Below, piece by piece: positions 27,414 to 38,082 of a stretch of 64,000 nucleotides of DNA; positions within the stretch are counted from its first letter, which is position 1; each line of letters opens with the position of its first letter. Both the position numbers and the translations under genes were made by a program. The notes beneath the pieces were generated by a model that was given only the letters and a program-made list of their open reading frames with translations, was not told where the DNA came from and did no database searches. Where the stretch lies: assembly GCA_965215355.1 (NCBI GenBank), contig CBDCDJ010000007.1, positions 2,570,285 to 2,634,284 of the forward strand, given 5' to 3'. The DNA is from Trueperaceae bacterium (GTDB lineage: Bacteria; Deinococcota; Deinococci; Deinococcales; Trueperaceae).

Positions 27414-28452
27414 ATGAAACCTGTAAAGCCCGGCAAGCTCGAGCCCGGCGACACGGTCGCGGTGGTGTCGCTCTCGAGCGGGCTGCTCCACGCCTACCCC
27501 GAGGTTTACCAAAAAGCCGCGCGCACCTTGTCCGAACGCTTCGACCTGCACGTCGTAACGAGCCCGAACGCGCTACGGCCCGACAATTGGCTTTACGCGC
27601 GTCCCGAGGCGCGGGCCGACGACCTGCACTGGGCCTTGGAAAAACCGGACATCAAGGGCGTCGTCAGCGCTATCGGCGGGTACGAGTCGGTGCGGATTCT
27701 GCCCTACTTGAACGTCGAGCTTATCCGCAAGCACCCGAAGGTGTTGTTGGGGTTTTCCGACACGACCGTGCAGCATGTCGCGTTCATGAACGCGGGCGTC
27801 GTTTCCTTTCACGGGCCGAGCCTCATGGCCGGAATTGCCACCCTTACAGCTTATCCTTACGCCGAAACCTCTTTACACAAAACGCTTTTTGAACGTGAGG
27901 CACCGAGTAGGCTCGAGCCCGCCCCCGGCTGGACTGAGCAGTTTCTCGACTGGAACGACCCCGAGTACGCGGCCAAAGCCGACACGCCGCAACCTCTTGA
28001 ACCGAACGACGGTTGGGTTTGGGTGCAGGGTGAGGCGAGAGCCGAGGGTCACTTGGTCGGCGGCAACATCGAAGTTTTGGAAATGCTCAAAGGCACGCGC
28101 TGGTGGCCCGAGACTGAATTTTGGAAAGGAGCCATACTGTACCTCGAGACTAGCGAGGAAGTGCCGCCCGTGTCGAACGTGGAATACTGGCTGCGCAATT
28201 ATGCTTCGCAGGGCATTTTGCAAGAACTCTCGGGTCTTTTGTGGGCGCGGCCGTTCGGTTACGACGCGGCGATGAAAGAACGGCTTTATGCCGCTGTCCG
28301 CAAAGTCTTGGCAGAATGCGGCCGCGAAGACCTGCCGGTCGTCGCTGACATGGACTTCGGTCACACCGCGCCTATTTACGATTCCCAACCTGTGCCGCGC
28401 CGCCATCGACCCGATAGACCTGACGGTAACGGTGCTCGAGTCCGGGGTCAGC
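27414..28452 (+). CDS. LD-carboxypeptidase (peptidase S66, LdcA/MccF-like), with a single-base frameshift near 28377.
   Basis: S66 motifs are present ([11 protein letters not shown], …GFSDTT…, GGNIEVL). The conserved C-terminus [25 protein letters not shown] is only read after deleting one T in gcgcctATTTacg. The ORF track instead runs on to 28712 in the wrong frame. Confidence 0.7.
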
Positions 28453-28861
28453 TAGCCTCGCCGAAAAAGATGCCGATTTCACGCTCAGCCGTGTCAGCAG
28501 CGTCCGAGCCGTGGGCGACGTTTTCGTCGATGGTGCTGGCGAAGTCGCCGCGAATCGTTCCCGGCGCGGCGTCGGCGGGATTGGTCGCGCCCATCATCTT
28601 GCGCCATTCTGAAATAGCGTTTTCGCCCTCGACGATCATCGCCACGACCGGGCCGCTGGTGATAAAGTTCACCAGGTTTTCAAAAAAGGGCTTGCCCTGG
28701 TGCTCGCCGTAGTGCCGCTCGGCGGTTTCACGCGGGATTTGCATCATCTTGAGTTCCCGGACTTTGAAGCCCTTGCGCTCGAGCCGAGAAACCACTTCAC
28801 CGACCAGACCGCGCTTGACGCCGTCCGGTTTAACCATCGCAAAAGTACGTTCGGTTGCCAT
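28448..28861 (-). CDS. ndk: Nucleoside diphosphate kinase.
   Basis: [15 protein letters not shown]…[15 protein letters not shown]…HGSD is a canonical Ndk. The true start is the internal Met of the longer ORF. Confidence 0.9.
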   Translation of the reverse strand: MATERTFAMVKPDGVKRGLVGEVVSRLERKGFKVRELKMMQIPRETAERHYGEHQGKPFFENLVNFITSGPVVAMIVEGENAISEWRKMMGATNPADAAPGTIRGDFASTIDENVAHGSDAADTAEREIGIFFGEAS

Positions 28862-28998
28862 AAGGCAGGACGATACCACAGGAGCGGCGTCGGGAAGCGT
28901 TTGTGTTCGTCGACATTTTCTGTAAAGCAAACCGACAGTACCCAGTACCGATTTGAAAGCGTTCTACTCGGTACTTTTCACTCGGTCCTCGGTACTTC

Positions 28999-29532
28999 TT
29001 ACAGTTCCCCCTGAGCGATGGTCTCGAGCTGCCCCAAATGATTCAGGTCGTGTCCGGCCAGAAAACGCACCATGTCGTCGACGGTGTCGATACCTTTAAA
29101 AGGATAGTCGACGTGCGCGTTCCAGTCTTGCAGGTCAAAGGTGACGAGCAGCGCCAGGTTCCAGGCGCGCAGGGCGCGAAAGGTTTCGACGGCGAGGGAA
29201 GGCTCGAGCCGCGTGTAGCGCCGCGCCCACAGGTCCTGGTCGAACGCGTGGGGTCGGTAGTTGCTTTCGGATACCGCTTGCCGCAAGCGAAAACCCAACG
29301 CGAGTTCGACGTCGGCCAAGTGCGCCAGAATCTCGCGCGCCGTCCACTTGCCGGGGGCGTAAGAGCGTTCGAAGTCGGTGTCGAAAAAGCCGAGCAGGTA
29401 GCCTTCCAGGCGCTGCGGCGTGGTCTCTAAAACGGTGATGGGGTCGCGGTGGCCCAACAGGTCGAAGAGCCGCTCGATGTAGTCGTCCATGCTCGCCAGT
29501 GTACCGAACTCGTCGCGCTTGCCCGCCGACAA
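28999..29532 (-). CDS. DinB/DinB_2-family (four-helix-bundle metalloenzyme-like) protein.
   Basis: 177-aa ORF; …WTAREILAHLADVE…HDLNHLGQ is a typical DinB_2 pattern. Confidence 0.7.
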   Translation of the reverse strand: MSAGKRDEFGTLASMDDYIERLFDLLGHRDPITVLETTPQRLEGYLLGFFDTDFERSYAPGKWTAREILAHLADVELALGFRLRQAVSESNYRPHAFDQDLWARRYTRLEPSLAVETFRALRAWNLALLVTFDLQDWNAHVDYPFKGIDTVDDMVRFLAGHDLNHLGQLETIAQGEL

Positions 29533-29623
29533 AGTGAAATAAGCCTTAAAGACGTGTTCATGAACCTGCTAGGCTGCGTTCACCCCAGTCTCATATACTG
29601 GGCCAACACCCAGAGGAGGGGAC

Positions 29624-30130
29624 ATGAAAAATAGTTTTGCATTAACGCTTGCCGTTTTGATAACCGCGTTGCTGGCCTCTTGTACCTTCAGCGGTACGTT
29701 TGAAGGTGAAGTCGGTCTACCACCCGGACTTACCATCAGCAACGCTACCTACGGAACGGACTTTGAAGCCACAGTGGACGGTGAACTTCAAGACGTCATC
29801 TGTAATGACCGCACGACCAACTTTACTTACGGTTTTAACTTCAACGGTGACCTGAGAAGCTGGGAATCATACCTCAAAGGCGTCGAAACGGGCAGGATAG
29901 CGGGCCGCATCTCGCTCGACCTGAGCAGCGACAACGTCCGTTACGACCGAGCGACCAACCGCGTTACCGTGAACTACGAAATTCGGGCCAACGCCGCGCC
30001 GCAAGCCATCGTCGTCAACCCCGTGCTGGCCGGTAAGACTCAACTTTTCTTACAGTTCGGCACCTACAACTACAGGCTTTTGTCCGACCCTGTGCCCATC
30101 TTGGAAAGTTGCGCAAACACTCAGGGATAA
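29624..30130 (+). CDS. Lipoprotein, hypothetical.
   Basis: Signal peptide with LLASC lipobox. The coding region has lower GC. No family recognised. Confidence 0.55.
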   Translation: MKNSFALTLAVLITALLASCTFSGTFEGEVGLPPGLTISNATYGTDFEATVDGELQDVICNDRTTNFTYGFNFNGDLRSWESYLKGVETGRIAGRISLDLSSDNVRYDRATNRVTVNYEIRANAAPQAIVVNPVLAGKTQLFLQFGTYNYRLLSDPVPILESCANTQG

Positions 30131-30152
30131 CAGTCAAGGAAATGCAAGTGTA

Positions 30153-30181
30153 GCCCCTCGAGCTTCTCGAGGGGCCTTTTT
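30153..30181 (+). terminator. Rho-independent terminator: 10-bp perfect GC stem, 3-nt loop (ctt) and a T5 tract.
   Basis: gcccctcgag-ctt-ctcgaggggc then ctttttg, between convergent genes. Confidence 0.85.
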
Positions 30182-30195
30182 GTCGAAGGCCGTTG

Positions 30196-31221
30196 CTAGC
30201 TGAGATTCTCGAGCCACCTTTGTATAGACTCGAGCCGCTTTTCTACGAACGCCTCATCGACCCAGCGCCCAACATCGACCCCTTGGGCGGCATAGGTGAC
30301 GATGTCGGCGGTCAACAGCAGGTGGCGCACGGGCACGAAAACGGGGATGTTTTCAATGATTTGTTCAGCCAGAGGATGTTCCGAGCGGTAACCCTCGAGA
30401 AAAGCCTCTTTGACTTCGCTCTCTTTCGGCACACCACGAATCCACCACACGAACACCGCCAAATCGTAGGCGCGCCAGCCGTAGCTCAGCCGCTCGAAGT
30501 CCAGGAGGGTGGGCGTGTCGTCGTCGAACAGGACGTTCAGCCCGTGGATGTCGCCGTGGCACAACCCGAAGAGCGGCGGTGAAGTCTCGAGCCCACCGAT
30601 ACGCCGCGCCAACGTTTCGACTGCTCGTTCGAACGCTTCGGCCTGCGTTGCGGTAGCCGCTCCACAGTTCGAAATAGTCGCGAGGGGCTCGAGCAGCAGC
30701 GAGCGGGCGTCTTGAACGGGTACGTTGGGAATCTTTGGCAGCACGTCCGCGCCCAGATGCAACGCCGCCGCTAAACGACCGACCGCAAAACTTTGAGGCG
30801 GACTTATGCCGCGACCGGGCGGCTCGCCCAGCGCGAACACAAAGAGCGCCGCCGCACGTTCGCCCTCGGGCGCGCTCAAAGTTTTCACGAACGCACCCGC
30901 AGGATGGCGGACGGGTGCCACAACCGGCAGGCCGCGCGCGGCGAGTTCGTACTGCAGCTCGAGGACGGCCTCCAACCGGGCGACGGACGCGGCGGCTTGC
31001 GCCCAAACGCGGTAGACGTAGGCCCGCCCCGCGGCCTCGACAAGGTACAGGTCGTTTTGGGTGGCGTTGGACAAGCGACAGCGCACGGGTGGAGCCAAGC
31101 CGTAAGCCCCAGCGACGTGCGCGCCTACGGCGTGGCTGGAAAAGGTAGTTTTTTGAACGGACAGGTGGCTCACAGAGGCATGGGTGGAACCGAAAGAAAA
31201 CTTGTGACGGGCTGAAAGCAA
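30196..31221 (-). CDS. Phosphotransferase enzyme family protein (APH / homoserine-kinase-II-like kinase fold).
   Basis: 341-aa ORF with HGDIHGLNVLFDDD…LLDFE catalytic and binding motifs. Confidence 0.7.
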   Translation of the reverse strand: MLSARHKFSFGSTHASVSHLSVQKTTFSSHAVGAHVAGAYGLAPPVRCRLSNATQNDLYLVEAAGRAYVYRVWAQAAASVARLEAVLELQYELAARGLPVVAPVRHPAGAFVKTLSAPEGERAAALFVFALGEPPGRGISPPQSFAVGRLAAALHLGADVLPKIPNVPVQDARSLLLEPLATISNCGAATATQAEAFERAVETLARRIGGLETSPPLFGLCHGDIHGLNVLFDDDTPTLLDFERLSYGWRAYDLAVFVWWIRGVPKESEVKEAFLEGYRSEHPLAEQIIENIPVFVPVRHLLLTADIVTYAAQGVDVGRWVDEAFVEKRLESIQRWLENLS

Positions 31222-31292
31222 GGCGCGAGAAAACCCTTAACGACCTGGCAGCCTACCACCTTCAGCCCGTGCGAACGTTTTGGTTTGAGTAC

Positions 31293-32708
31293 TTAATCAC
31301 CCACCTCGACAATGTCGCGGGGGATGTTCGGTTTTTGCTGCTCGCTCGCCAACTCCCGCTGTGGTGTGGGCTCGAGCACCACTTTGTGTGTCGCCTTGCC
31401 GGCGTCGCCGTTCAGCTTTTGCAAAAACGGGATACCGAGTTGCTCGCCGATGGCGCCCGCCCCGGCCATGCCGACCGAGAGTTCTTTGAGGACGTTAGCG
31501 ATGCCACTCTGGCCTTCCTGCGCGCCGCCGATGAGGGTGATGTCGCCGAAATGCACCTGCTTGAGGGCTTCGGTCTGGATGCGCAGGAGTTCGGGGAGTT
31601 GCTGCACGTAGAGGAGTTGCACGGCGGCTGAGGCGTCGCCGCCCGCGGCCTTGACGATTTCGGCCAGACCCTCGGCCTGGCCGCGCAGCACGGCGCGGAG
31701 CCGCTCGGCCTCGCCCGCGCCGAGGCGTTTTTCGCTTTCGGCGGCCGCTTCGGCGTCGATGACGGCCTTTTGCTGCGCGATGCGGGTGGGCACAATTCGC
31801 TCGGCCTGCAGCTTGGCTTCTTCGGCCTTGGCGCGCTCGAGCTGCGCGGCCTGCTCGGCGCGGTAGGCTTCCATCTCGGCCTGGGCGGTGCGGGTGCGTT
31901 CAGCCACGGTGGCGAGTTTACGCGCCTCGGCCTCGGCGACCTTGAGCTGCGCTTCGGAGTCGGCGATGCGGGCGCGCGAGGTGTTTTCGCCGAGCTGCGC
32001 GACCGCCTCGGCCTCGGCCACGGCGACGCGCTGGTCTTGCAGCGCGAGCGCGCGGCCCGACTCGCCTTTTTTGGCGGCGTCGGCGGCGTCGACGATGGCC
32101 TGGTTGACCGCCTGCGCGCTCGCCTTTTTGCCCAAAGCCTCGATGTAGCCGCCCTCGTCGCTGATGTCCGAAATGTTGACGTTGATGACGCTCAGGCCCA
32201 CCTTGCGCAGTTCGGTCTCGATGTTGTCCATCACCGACTTTTCAAAGCGCTCGCGGTCGGCGTTGATTTCTTCGATGTCCATTGTCGCAATCGTCGCCCG
32301 CAGTTGTCCGAAGATGATGTCCTTGGCGAGTTCTTCGATTTCGACGCGCTGCAGGCCCAACAGCCGCTCGGCGGCGTTGACCATGCTGTGGTCGTCGGTG
32401 CTGATGGCGACCGTGAAGCGGCTCGGCACGTCGACGCGAATGTTCTGTTTAGAGAGCGCGTTTTTCAGCGAAATGTCGATGGTCATGGGGATGAGGTCTA
32501 AGTAGCCGTAGTCCTGGACGATGGGCCACACGAAGGTGCCGCCGCCGTGGATGACCTTGGCGCTCTTGCCCGCGCCCACGCGCCCGTAGACCACCAACAC
32601 CTTGTTGCTGGGACAGCGCCGGTAGCGGTTGAGCCAGTAGACCAAAACCAGAATCGCGAAGACGACGAGGATACCGAGGATAATGGCGCTGTTGCCGAGA
32701 ACCGTCAT
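31293..32708 (-). CDS. Flotillin-family SPFH/band-7 protein (YqiK-like).
   Basis: 471-aa ORF with an N-terminal TM helix, an SPFH domain and a long Ala/Glu-rich coiled-coil. Confidence 0.9.
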   Translation of the reverse strand: MTVLGNSAIILGILVVFAILVLVYWLNRYRRCPSNKVLVVYGRVGAGKSAKVIHGGGTFVWPIVQDYGYLDLIPMTIDISLKNALSKQNIRVDVPSRFTVAISTDDHSMVNAAERLLGLQRVEIEELAKDIIFGQLRATIATMDIEEINADRERFEKSVMDNIETELRKVGLSVINVNISDISDEGGYIEALGKKASAQAVNQAIVDAADAAKKGESGRALALQDQRVAVAEAEAVAQLGENTSRARIADSEAQLKVAEAEARKLATVAERTRTAQAEMEAYRAEQAAQLERAKAEEAKLQAERIVPTRIAQQKAVIDAEAAAESEKRLGAGEAERLRAVLRGQAEGLAEIVKAAGGDASAAVQLLYVQQLPELLRIQTEALKQVHFGDITLIGGAQEGQSGIANVLKELSVGMAGAGAIGEQLGIPFLQKLNGDAGKATHKVVLEPTPQRELASEQQKPNIPRDIVEVGD

Positions 32709-32748
32709 ACTGCCTCCTTAGGGCTGAGAAAATTTGGGCTCGAGAACC

Positions 32749-33360
32749 TCAGAGCGCGCGGATACCGAGCTTGTCGTCCCTCGAGACGAGAAGCCGCCCG
32801 TCCTCGACGCCGTAGACCTGCACGCGCTCGCCGCGGGTCAGCGGCTGCGCGTCTTCGGTGACGGCCAGCAGCTCCAACTCGCGGTCGCGGACGCGCACCA
32901 CGACCTTGCCGGAACCCCTAAGTTCGGGGTCGATTGTCACGCTGACCCGCGCGTCCTGGCCGATGGCGTCGTAGGGGTTGGCATTGCCGGAACTCTCCAA
33001 ACCGTGCAGCGAGCGCGTCAGGCGCAGGTTCGCCCAGGCGAACGCTAAGCCCGCCGGAACCGCCAGGGCCAGCGACACTGCCCCCAGCGTCGGGGCGAAC
33101 AGCACCCCCGTCCACCCGAAGCCGAGCGCGAAGGCGAGGAGGTTGCGCAGGCTCAGGTATTCCAACGCCTCGTGCCCCGCTCCGTCCGGGCTTGTGTCCG
33201 CGTCCGTGCTGACGTCCGCATCCAAACCTGTGTCGAGACCTGCGTCCGCGTCGCCGACGCCCGCGAACGACAGCAGGCTCGAGACCCCGAAAAACACGCT
33301 CGCCAGCACCGCCAGCACCCAGAACACCTGCTGTAAGGTCGAAAGCTGCGACCAACCCAT
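32749..33360 (-). CDS. NfeD-like membrane protein (YqiJ-type partner of flotillin) with a C-terminal OB-fold.
   Basis: 203-aa ORF with TM helices and a C-terminal …GSGKVVVRVRDRELELLAV…VQVYGVEDGRLLV OB-like segment, adjacent to the flotillin gene. Confidence 0.65.
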   Translation of the reverse strand: MGWSQLSTLQQVFWVLAVLASVFFGVSSLLSFAGVGDADAGLDTGLDADVSTDADTSPDGAGHEALEYLSLRNLLAFALGFGWTGVLFAPTLGAVSLALAVPAGLAFAWANLRLTRSLHGLESSGNANPYDAIGQDARVSVTIDPELRGSGKVVVRVRDRELELLAVTEDAQPLTRGERVQVYGVEDGRLLVSRDDKLGIRAL

Positions 33361-33450
33361 TGCCCGCGTTCCTCCTTTCGTGTCAACCCTCGGCTTAAGT
33401 GTGCTCCAAAAAAACGAAAAACGCCTCCGCCGAAGGGAGGACGCGCCTGT

Positions 33451-33636
33451 TCAAGGCTTGTAGCGGCTCGCGCTCAGCAGCGCGCCGCCCAACATCGACA
33501 GCAACAGCGGCCGCAGGTAGTTTTGCTGCACCGCGCCGCCGCTGCTCGCGCGGATGTCCCCGATGACGCTCCACAACGCCAACCCGATAGCGACGAGCCC
33601 GGCGACGAGGAGAAAGCCACGAAACGCTTTTGGCAT
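33451..33636 (-). CDS. Small two-TM membrane protein, hypothetical.
   Basis: 61-aa ORF with hydrophobic segments. Weak support. Confidence 0.3.
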   Translation of the reverse strand: MPKAFRGFLLVAGLVAIGLALWSVIGDIRASSGGAVQQNYLRPLLLSMLGGALLSASRYKP

Positions 33637-33762
33637 GGCCGAAGTATAAGCGGTCAGCGCACGCGCTGCCTAAACCCCTTGCTCGAGCCGGGCCCGGAGC
33701 TTGGCGGGGTTCTACGCCCTCGCCTCACGAACTTTACGCAGCTTCACGAGCCGTTATAGTGG

Positions 33763-34353
33763 TCAGGCCTTTTGCGCCAGCTTTTCGAACACGAGTTGGG
33801 AGACCGCTTGCAGCGGCTCTTTGACGCCGCGGAACTCGCTGGCGACGGCCTCGAAAAACTGGATTTGACCTTTGGGGTCGAGGATTTTTTTGATCATCTC
33901 GGCGGGCACGGCGTCGGGTAGGTCGCGCTTGTTGATCTGGACCACGTAAGGGATGTCGCCTAAGTGAAGGTTGTACTCGGCCATGTTCTCGCGCAGGTTG
34001 CGCAGGCTCTCGGCGTTGGCGCGCAGGCGGTTGGGGGCGGAGTCGGCGACGAACACGACCCCGTCGACGCCGCGCAGAATGAGTTTGCGGCTCGAGTTGT
34101 AAAACACCTGACCCGGCACCGTGTACAGGTGAAAGCGCGTCTTGAAGCCGTTGACCTGGCCTAGGTCCAGGGGCAAAAAGTCGAAAAACAGGGTGCGCTC
34201 GTCCTCGGTCGCTAAGCTGACCAGCTCGCCCTTGGCACCCGGCGGCACTTGCTCGTAAATTTTCTTGAGGTTGGTCGTTTTGCCCGACAGCCCTGGGCCG
34301 TAATAGACGACCTTAAAGTTGATCTCGCGCGCCGAAAAGTTGATGGTGCTCAT
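33763..34353 (-). CDS. mglA: Ras-like small GTPase MglA (gliding/polarity GTPase).
   Basis: [29 protein letters not shown]…TVPGQ… is a canonical MglA with P-loop and switch regions. Confidence 0.9.
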   Translation of the reverse strand: MSTINFSAREINFKVVYYGPGLSGKTTNLKKIYEQVPPGAKGELVSLATEDERTLFFDFLPLDLGQVNGFKTRFHLYTVPGQVFYNSSRKLILRGVDGVVFVADSAPNRLRANAESLRNLRENMAEYNLHLGDIPYVVQINKRDLPDAVPAEMIKKILDPKGQIQFFEAVASEFRGVKEPLQAVSQLVFEKLAQKA

Positions 34354-34847
34354 GATTTGCTCCCGAACAGTCCGTCTAACAGCGTTTGGTTCGAGCTTTG
34401 CCAGGTGTCGTCAAAGGTCACCTGAGGGGGCACTTCGGTGTTTTCAGCAAGGGCCTGCTCGACGGCGGCAACCGTTTTTTTGGCGAACAGCTTGACGCGA
34501 CCCAAAACCGCCCGCTCGTCGAACACGGTGACCAGCAGGGCTTTGGTTCCCAACTCCTCGACGTACATACCCACCCCGTTACCTTGTTGAACCATCTCTT
34601 TGAAACCGTCCTCACCGAACAGGTGGGCAATAGCTAGGTTGGCCGAATAGTTTGAGGCGATGAGCGTCGCCAGCGAGTCCAGCGAAGGCGGCTTGGGTGC
34701 CCACAGGGCTCGGGTATGAGCTAGCACGAACCCCTTCAGGTCGATGATGACGGCGTAGCGAGCGTGGCTGTCTTTGACAAGCTCGGTCAAGAGTTCAGCG
34801 ACCTGCTCGAAGGTTTCGCCGTACAGCTCGAGGGAAGGTTCTAGCAT
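34350..34847 (-). CDS. mglB: MglB, Roadblock/LC7-domain GTPase-activating partner of MglA.
   Basis: 165-aa ORF with a Roadblock/LC7 pattern. It overlaps mglA by 4 nt (ATGA). Confidence 0.8.
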   Translation of the reverse strand: MLEPSLELYGETFEQVAELLTELVKDSHARYAVIIDLKGFVLAHTRALWAPKPPSLDSLATLIASNYSANLAIAHLFGEDGFKEMVQQGNGVGMYVEELGTKALLVTVFDERAVLGRVKLFAKKTVAAVEQALAENTEVPPQVTFDDTWQSSNQTLLDGLFGSKS

Positions 34848-35058
34848 GGGCCCAAGTATAGCCCGGCGTTCTTACAAAAACTGCAAAGTTCTTCATGCCG
34901 GGCACCCTGTCGGAAATGTCACGGATGCCGAAGCCTTGTTAGGTGAACCGGGCAAACTTTGCTCGGCTGCACCCCGCTTTGTGAAGCGTCACGTGAGGTA
35001 TGTCGGCAGGCCTCCCATCCTCTGAAAAGGCGTGCTATACTTTCCAGGCTGTCGGCGT

Positions 35059-35135
35059 GGCGAAGTAGCTCAGCCGGTTAGAGCGCACGACTCATAATCG
35101 TGAGGTCGAGAGTTCAAGTCTCTCCTTCGCTACCA
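35059..35135 (+). tRNA. tRNA-Met (anticodon CAT); could be elongator Met or a lysidine-modified Ile2.
   Basis: Manual cloverleaf. Acceptor GGCGAAG/CUUCGCU with G1·U72. D-stem GCUC/GAGC. Anticodon stem CACGA/UCGUG with loop CUCAUAA. T-stem GAGAG/CUCUC with loop UUCAAGU. Discriminator A plus CCA. Length 77 nt. Confidence 0.85.
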
Positions 35136-35144
35136 GAGAAAAGA

Positions 35145-35172
35145 GCGGTCCTCACCCGAGGACCGCTTTCTC
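35145..35172 (+). terminator. Terminator hairpin after the tRNA (gcggtcctc-accc-gaggaccgc then tttctc).
   Basis: 9-bp perfect stem with a U-rich tail. Confidence 0.7.
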
Positions 35173-35348
35173 ATGGTTGCTTTTGGGTTTGTCTCGCGTT
35201 GCGCAGGGAACTGGTTACCCAGTTCAGATACCCAGTTCAAAGCGGTCCTCACCAAACTCGAGTGTATAGTTAAGGCCTTAGAAACACTGGTTCGGCACCG
35301 ACAAAACGGAAATCCTTGTCGAAGCGCAACAAAAACTCGTGTAAGCAC

Positions 35349-36626
<1,278 letters not shown>

Positions 36627-36644
36627 CACGACCGAGAGAAAAGC

Positions 36645-36685
36645 AAAAAGGACTGAGGGGAAGATAACCCCCTCAGTCCTTTTTG
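36645..36685. terminator. Bidirectional Rho-independent terminator: aaaaaggactgagggg-loop-cccctcagtccttttt.
   Basis: 11-bp GC stem flanked by an A5 run and a T5 run, immediately 3' of icd. Confidence 0.85.
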
Positions 36686-36832
36686 CTTATCGGCAGGGTC
36701 TCGAGGGTGCCGCTTCAGGTGCTTTGAACGTTCTTTTTCGCCATCTTGTCGGGGCGGTTTTGAAGTTGCTCCTACGCGAGCCATACTTCCTCTTCGGTGT
36801 CGAACCAGGTAGGTATGATGTAACGTAACACG

Positions 36833-37879
36833 ATGTCGGAACACACAGAGAAAAAACAAGTCACCCAGGCGGACGTCGCCGAAAAGGCGGGCGTGTCACG
36901 CTCCATCGTGTCCTACGTCATCAACCACGGCCCCCGCGCCGTGGCTCCCGACACGCGAAAACGTGTTCTTAACGCCATCGAAGAACTCGATTACCGGCCC
37001 AACCGTCACGCCCAAATGCTCATCCAGGAACAAAGTGCCGCCAAAGGCACCAAGCAGCTAGGCATCGTGATGGGCTCGAGCACCCTGTTCAAGCGCCCTT
37101 ACTACGGCACCATCCTGGCAGGCATCCATGAAGAGGCGTTTGAGCGGCACTATCACATCCGCTTTATCCGGCTGTTCGAGTCGCTCAGAGACCCGGCGCT
37201 GCGCAACCAGCTCGTCCACCGGAGCGAGATCAGTGGTTTGGTCTTGTTGGCTTTAGACCAGGTTTTACAAACTGATGAGGATGAGATGTTGCTCGAGCGC
37301 ATCTTGGAGCGCGTCGACAACGCGGCGTGTATCGAGGGGCAGTACGGCAGTTTGCCGACCGTCGGCTTCGACCGTCACGCGGCCGCCTTCGACGCTGCGA
37401 CGCACCTTGTCGCGCTTGGTCACTCCGGGCTCGCCTACATCGGCCCGAGCGACGAGCGGGTTCGAGGCTTCACTGCCGCCTTACTGGACGTTCCGCAAGG
37501 CGGTCGCACCAGCTTCGGAGCTGATGACGCGGCTTCCGGTTACGCTCAGGCGAGCCTCATTCATCAAAAAGCGAATTTTACCGGCATCGTCGCCGGCACC
37601 GACGAGGTCGCTTTCGGGGTTCTCAAGGCGCTCAGAGAGCAAGGTCGGCGTGTGCCCGAAGACATCGCCGTGGTGAGCATCGACAACATCGCTCTTGCAG
37701 AATTCGCCTCGCCGGGTCTGACCACCGTCGACGTACCCAAAGAAGCGTTCGGACGTCACGCGGTGCGCCTGCTCACCGAACACGAACGGCGGCCGCGCGG
37801 CCCCATCAACATCGTGCTGCCCACCGAACTGGTTGTTCGAGAGTCCTGTGGAGCCCTTTCAACCCAAGCTGAAGGGTGA
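36833..37879 (+). CDS. LacI-family transcriptional regulator (likely regulator of the downstream galactan locus).
   Basis: 348-aa ORF with an N-terminal HTH (VTQADVAEKAGVSRSIVSYVIN). Confidence 0.9.
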   Translation: MSEHTEKKQVTQADVAEKAGVSRSIVSYVINHGPRAVAPDTRKRVLNAIEELDYRPNRHAQMLIQEQSAAKGTKQLGIVMGSSTLFKRPYYGTILAGIHEEAFERHYHIRFIRLFESLRDPALRNQLVHRSEISGLVLLALDQVLQTDEDEMLLERILERVDNAACIEGQYGSLPTVGFDRHAAAFDAATHLVALGHSGLAYIGPSDERVRGFTAALLDVPQGGRTSFGADDAASGYAQASLIHQKANFTGIVAGTDEVAFGVLKALREQGRRVPEDIAVVSIDNIALAEFASPGLTTVDVPKEAFGRHAVRLLTEHERRPRGPINIVLPTELVVRESCGALSTQAEG

Positions 37880-38082
37880 GTCGTCAGAAATCAGTAGTCC
37901 AGTGATTCGAATTACACTGAATCCTGACCACATAAAGACATTCCTTTTCGGGAGCTGCGTAAGGTTCGTGAGGGGACAATATCAACACGTGTTGACAACA
38001 CCTATTATTTAAGCTATTCTAAGCCTCATCGACATCTTTATGAAGCCGCCACGCGAGTTTTCGACCGCGCGCAGAAGGTGAA

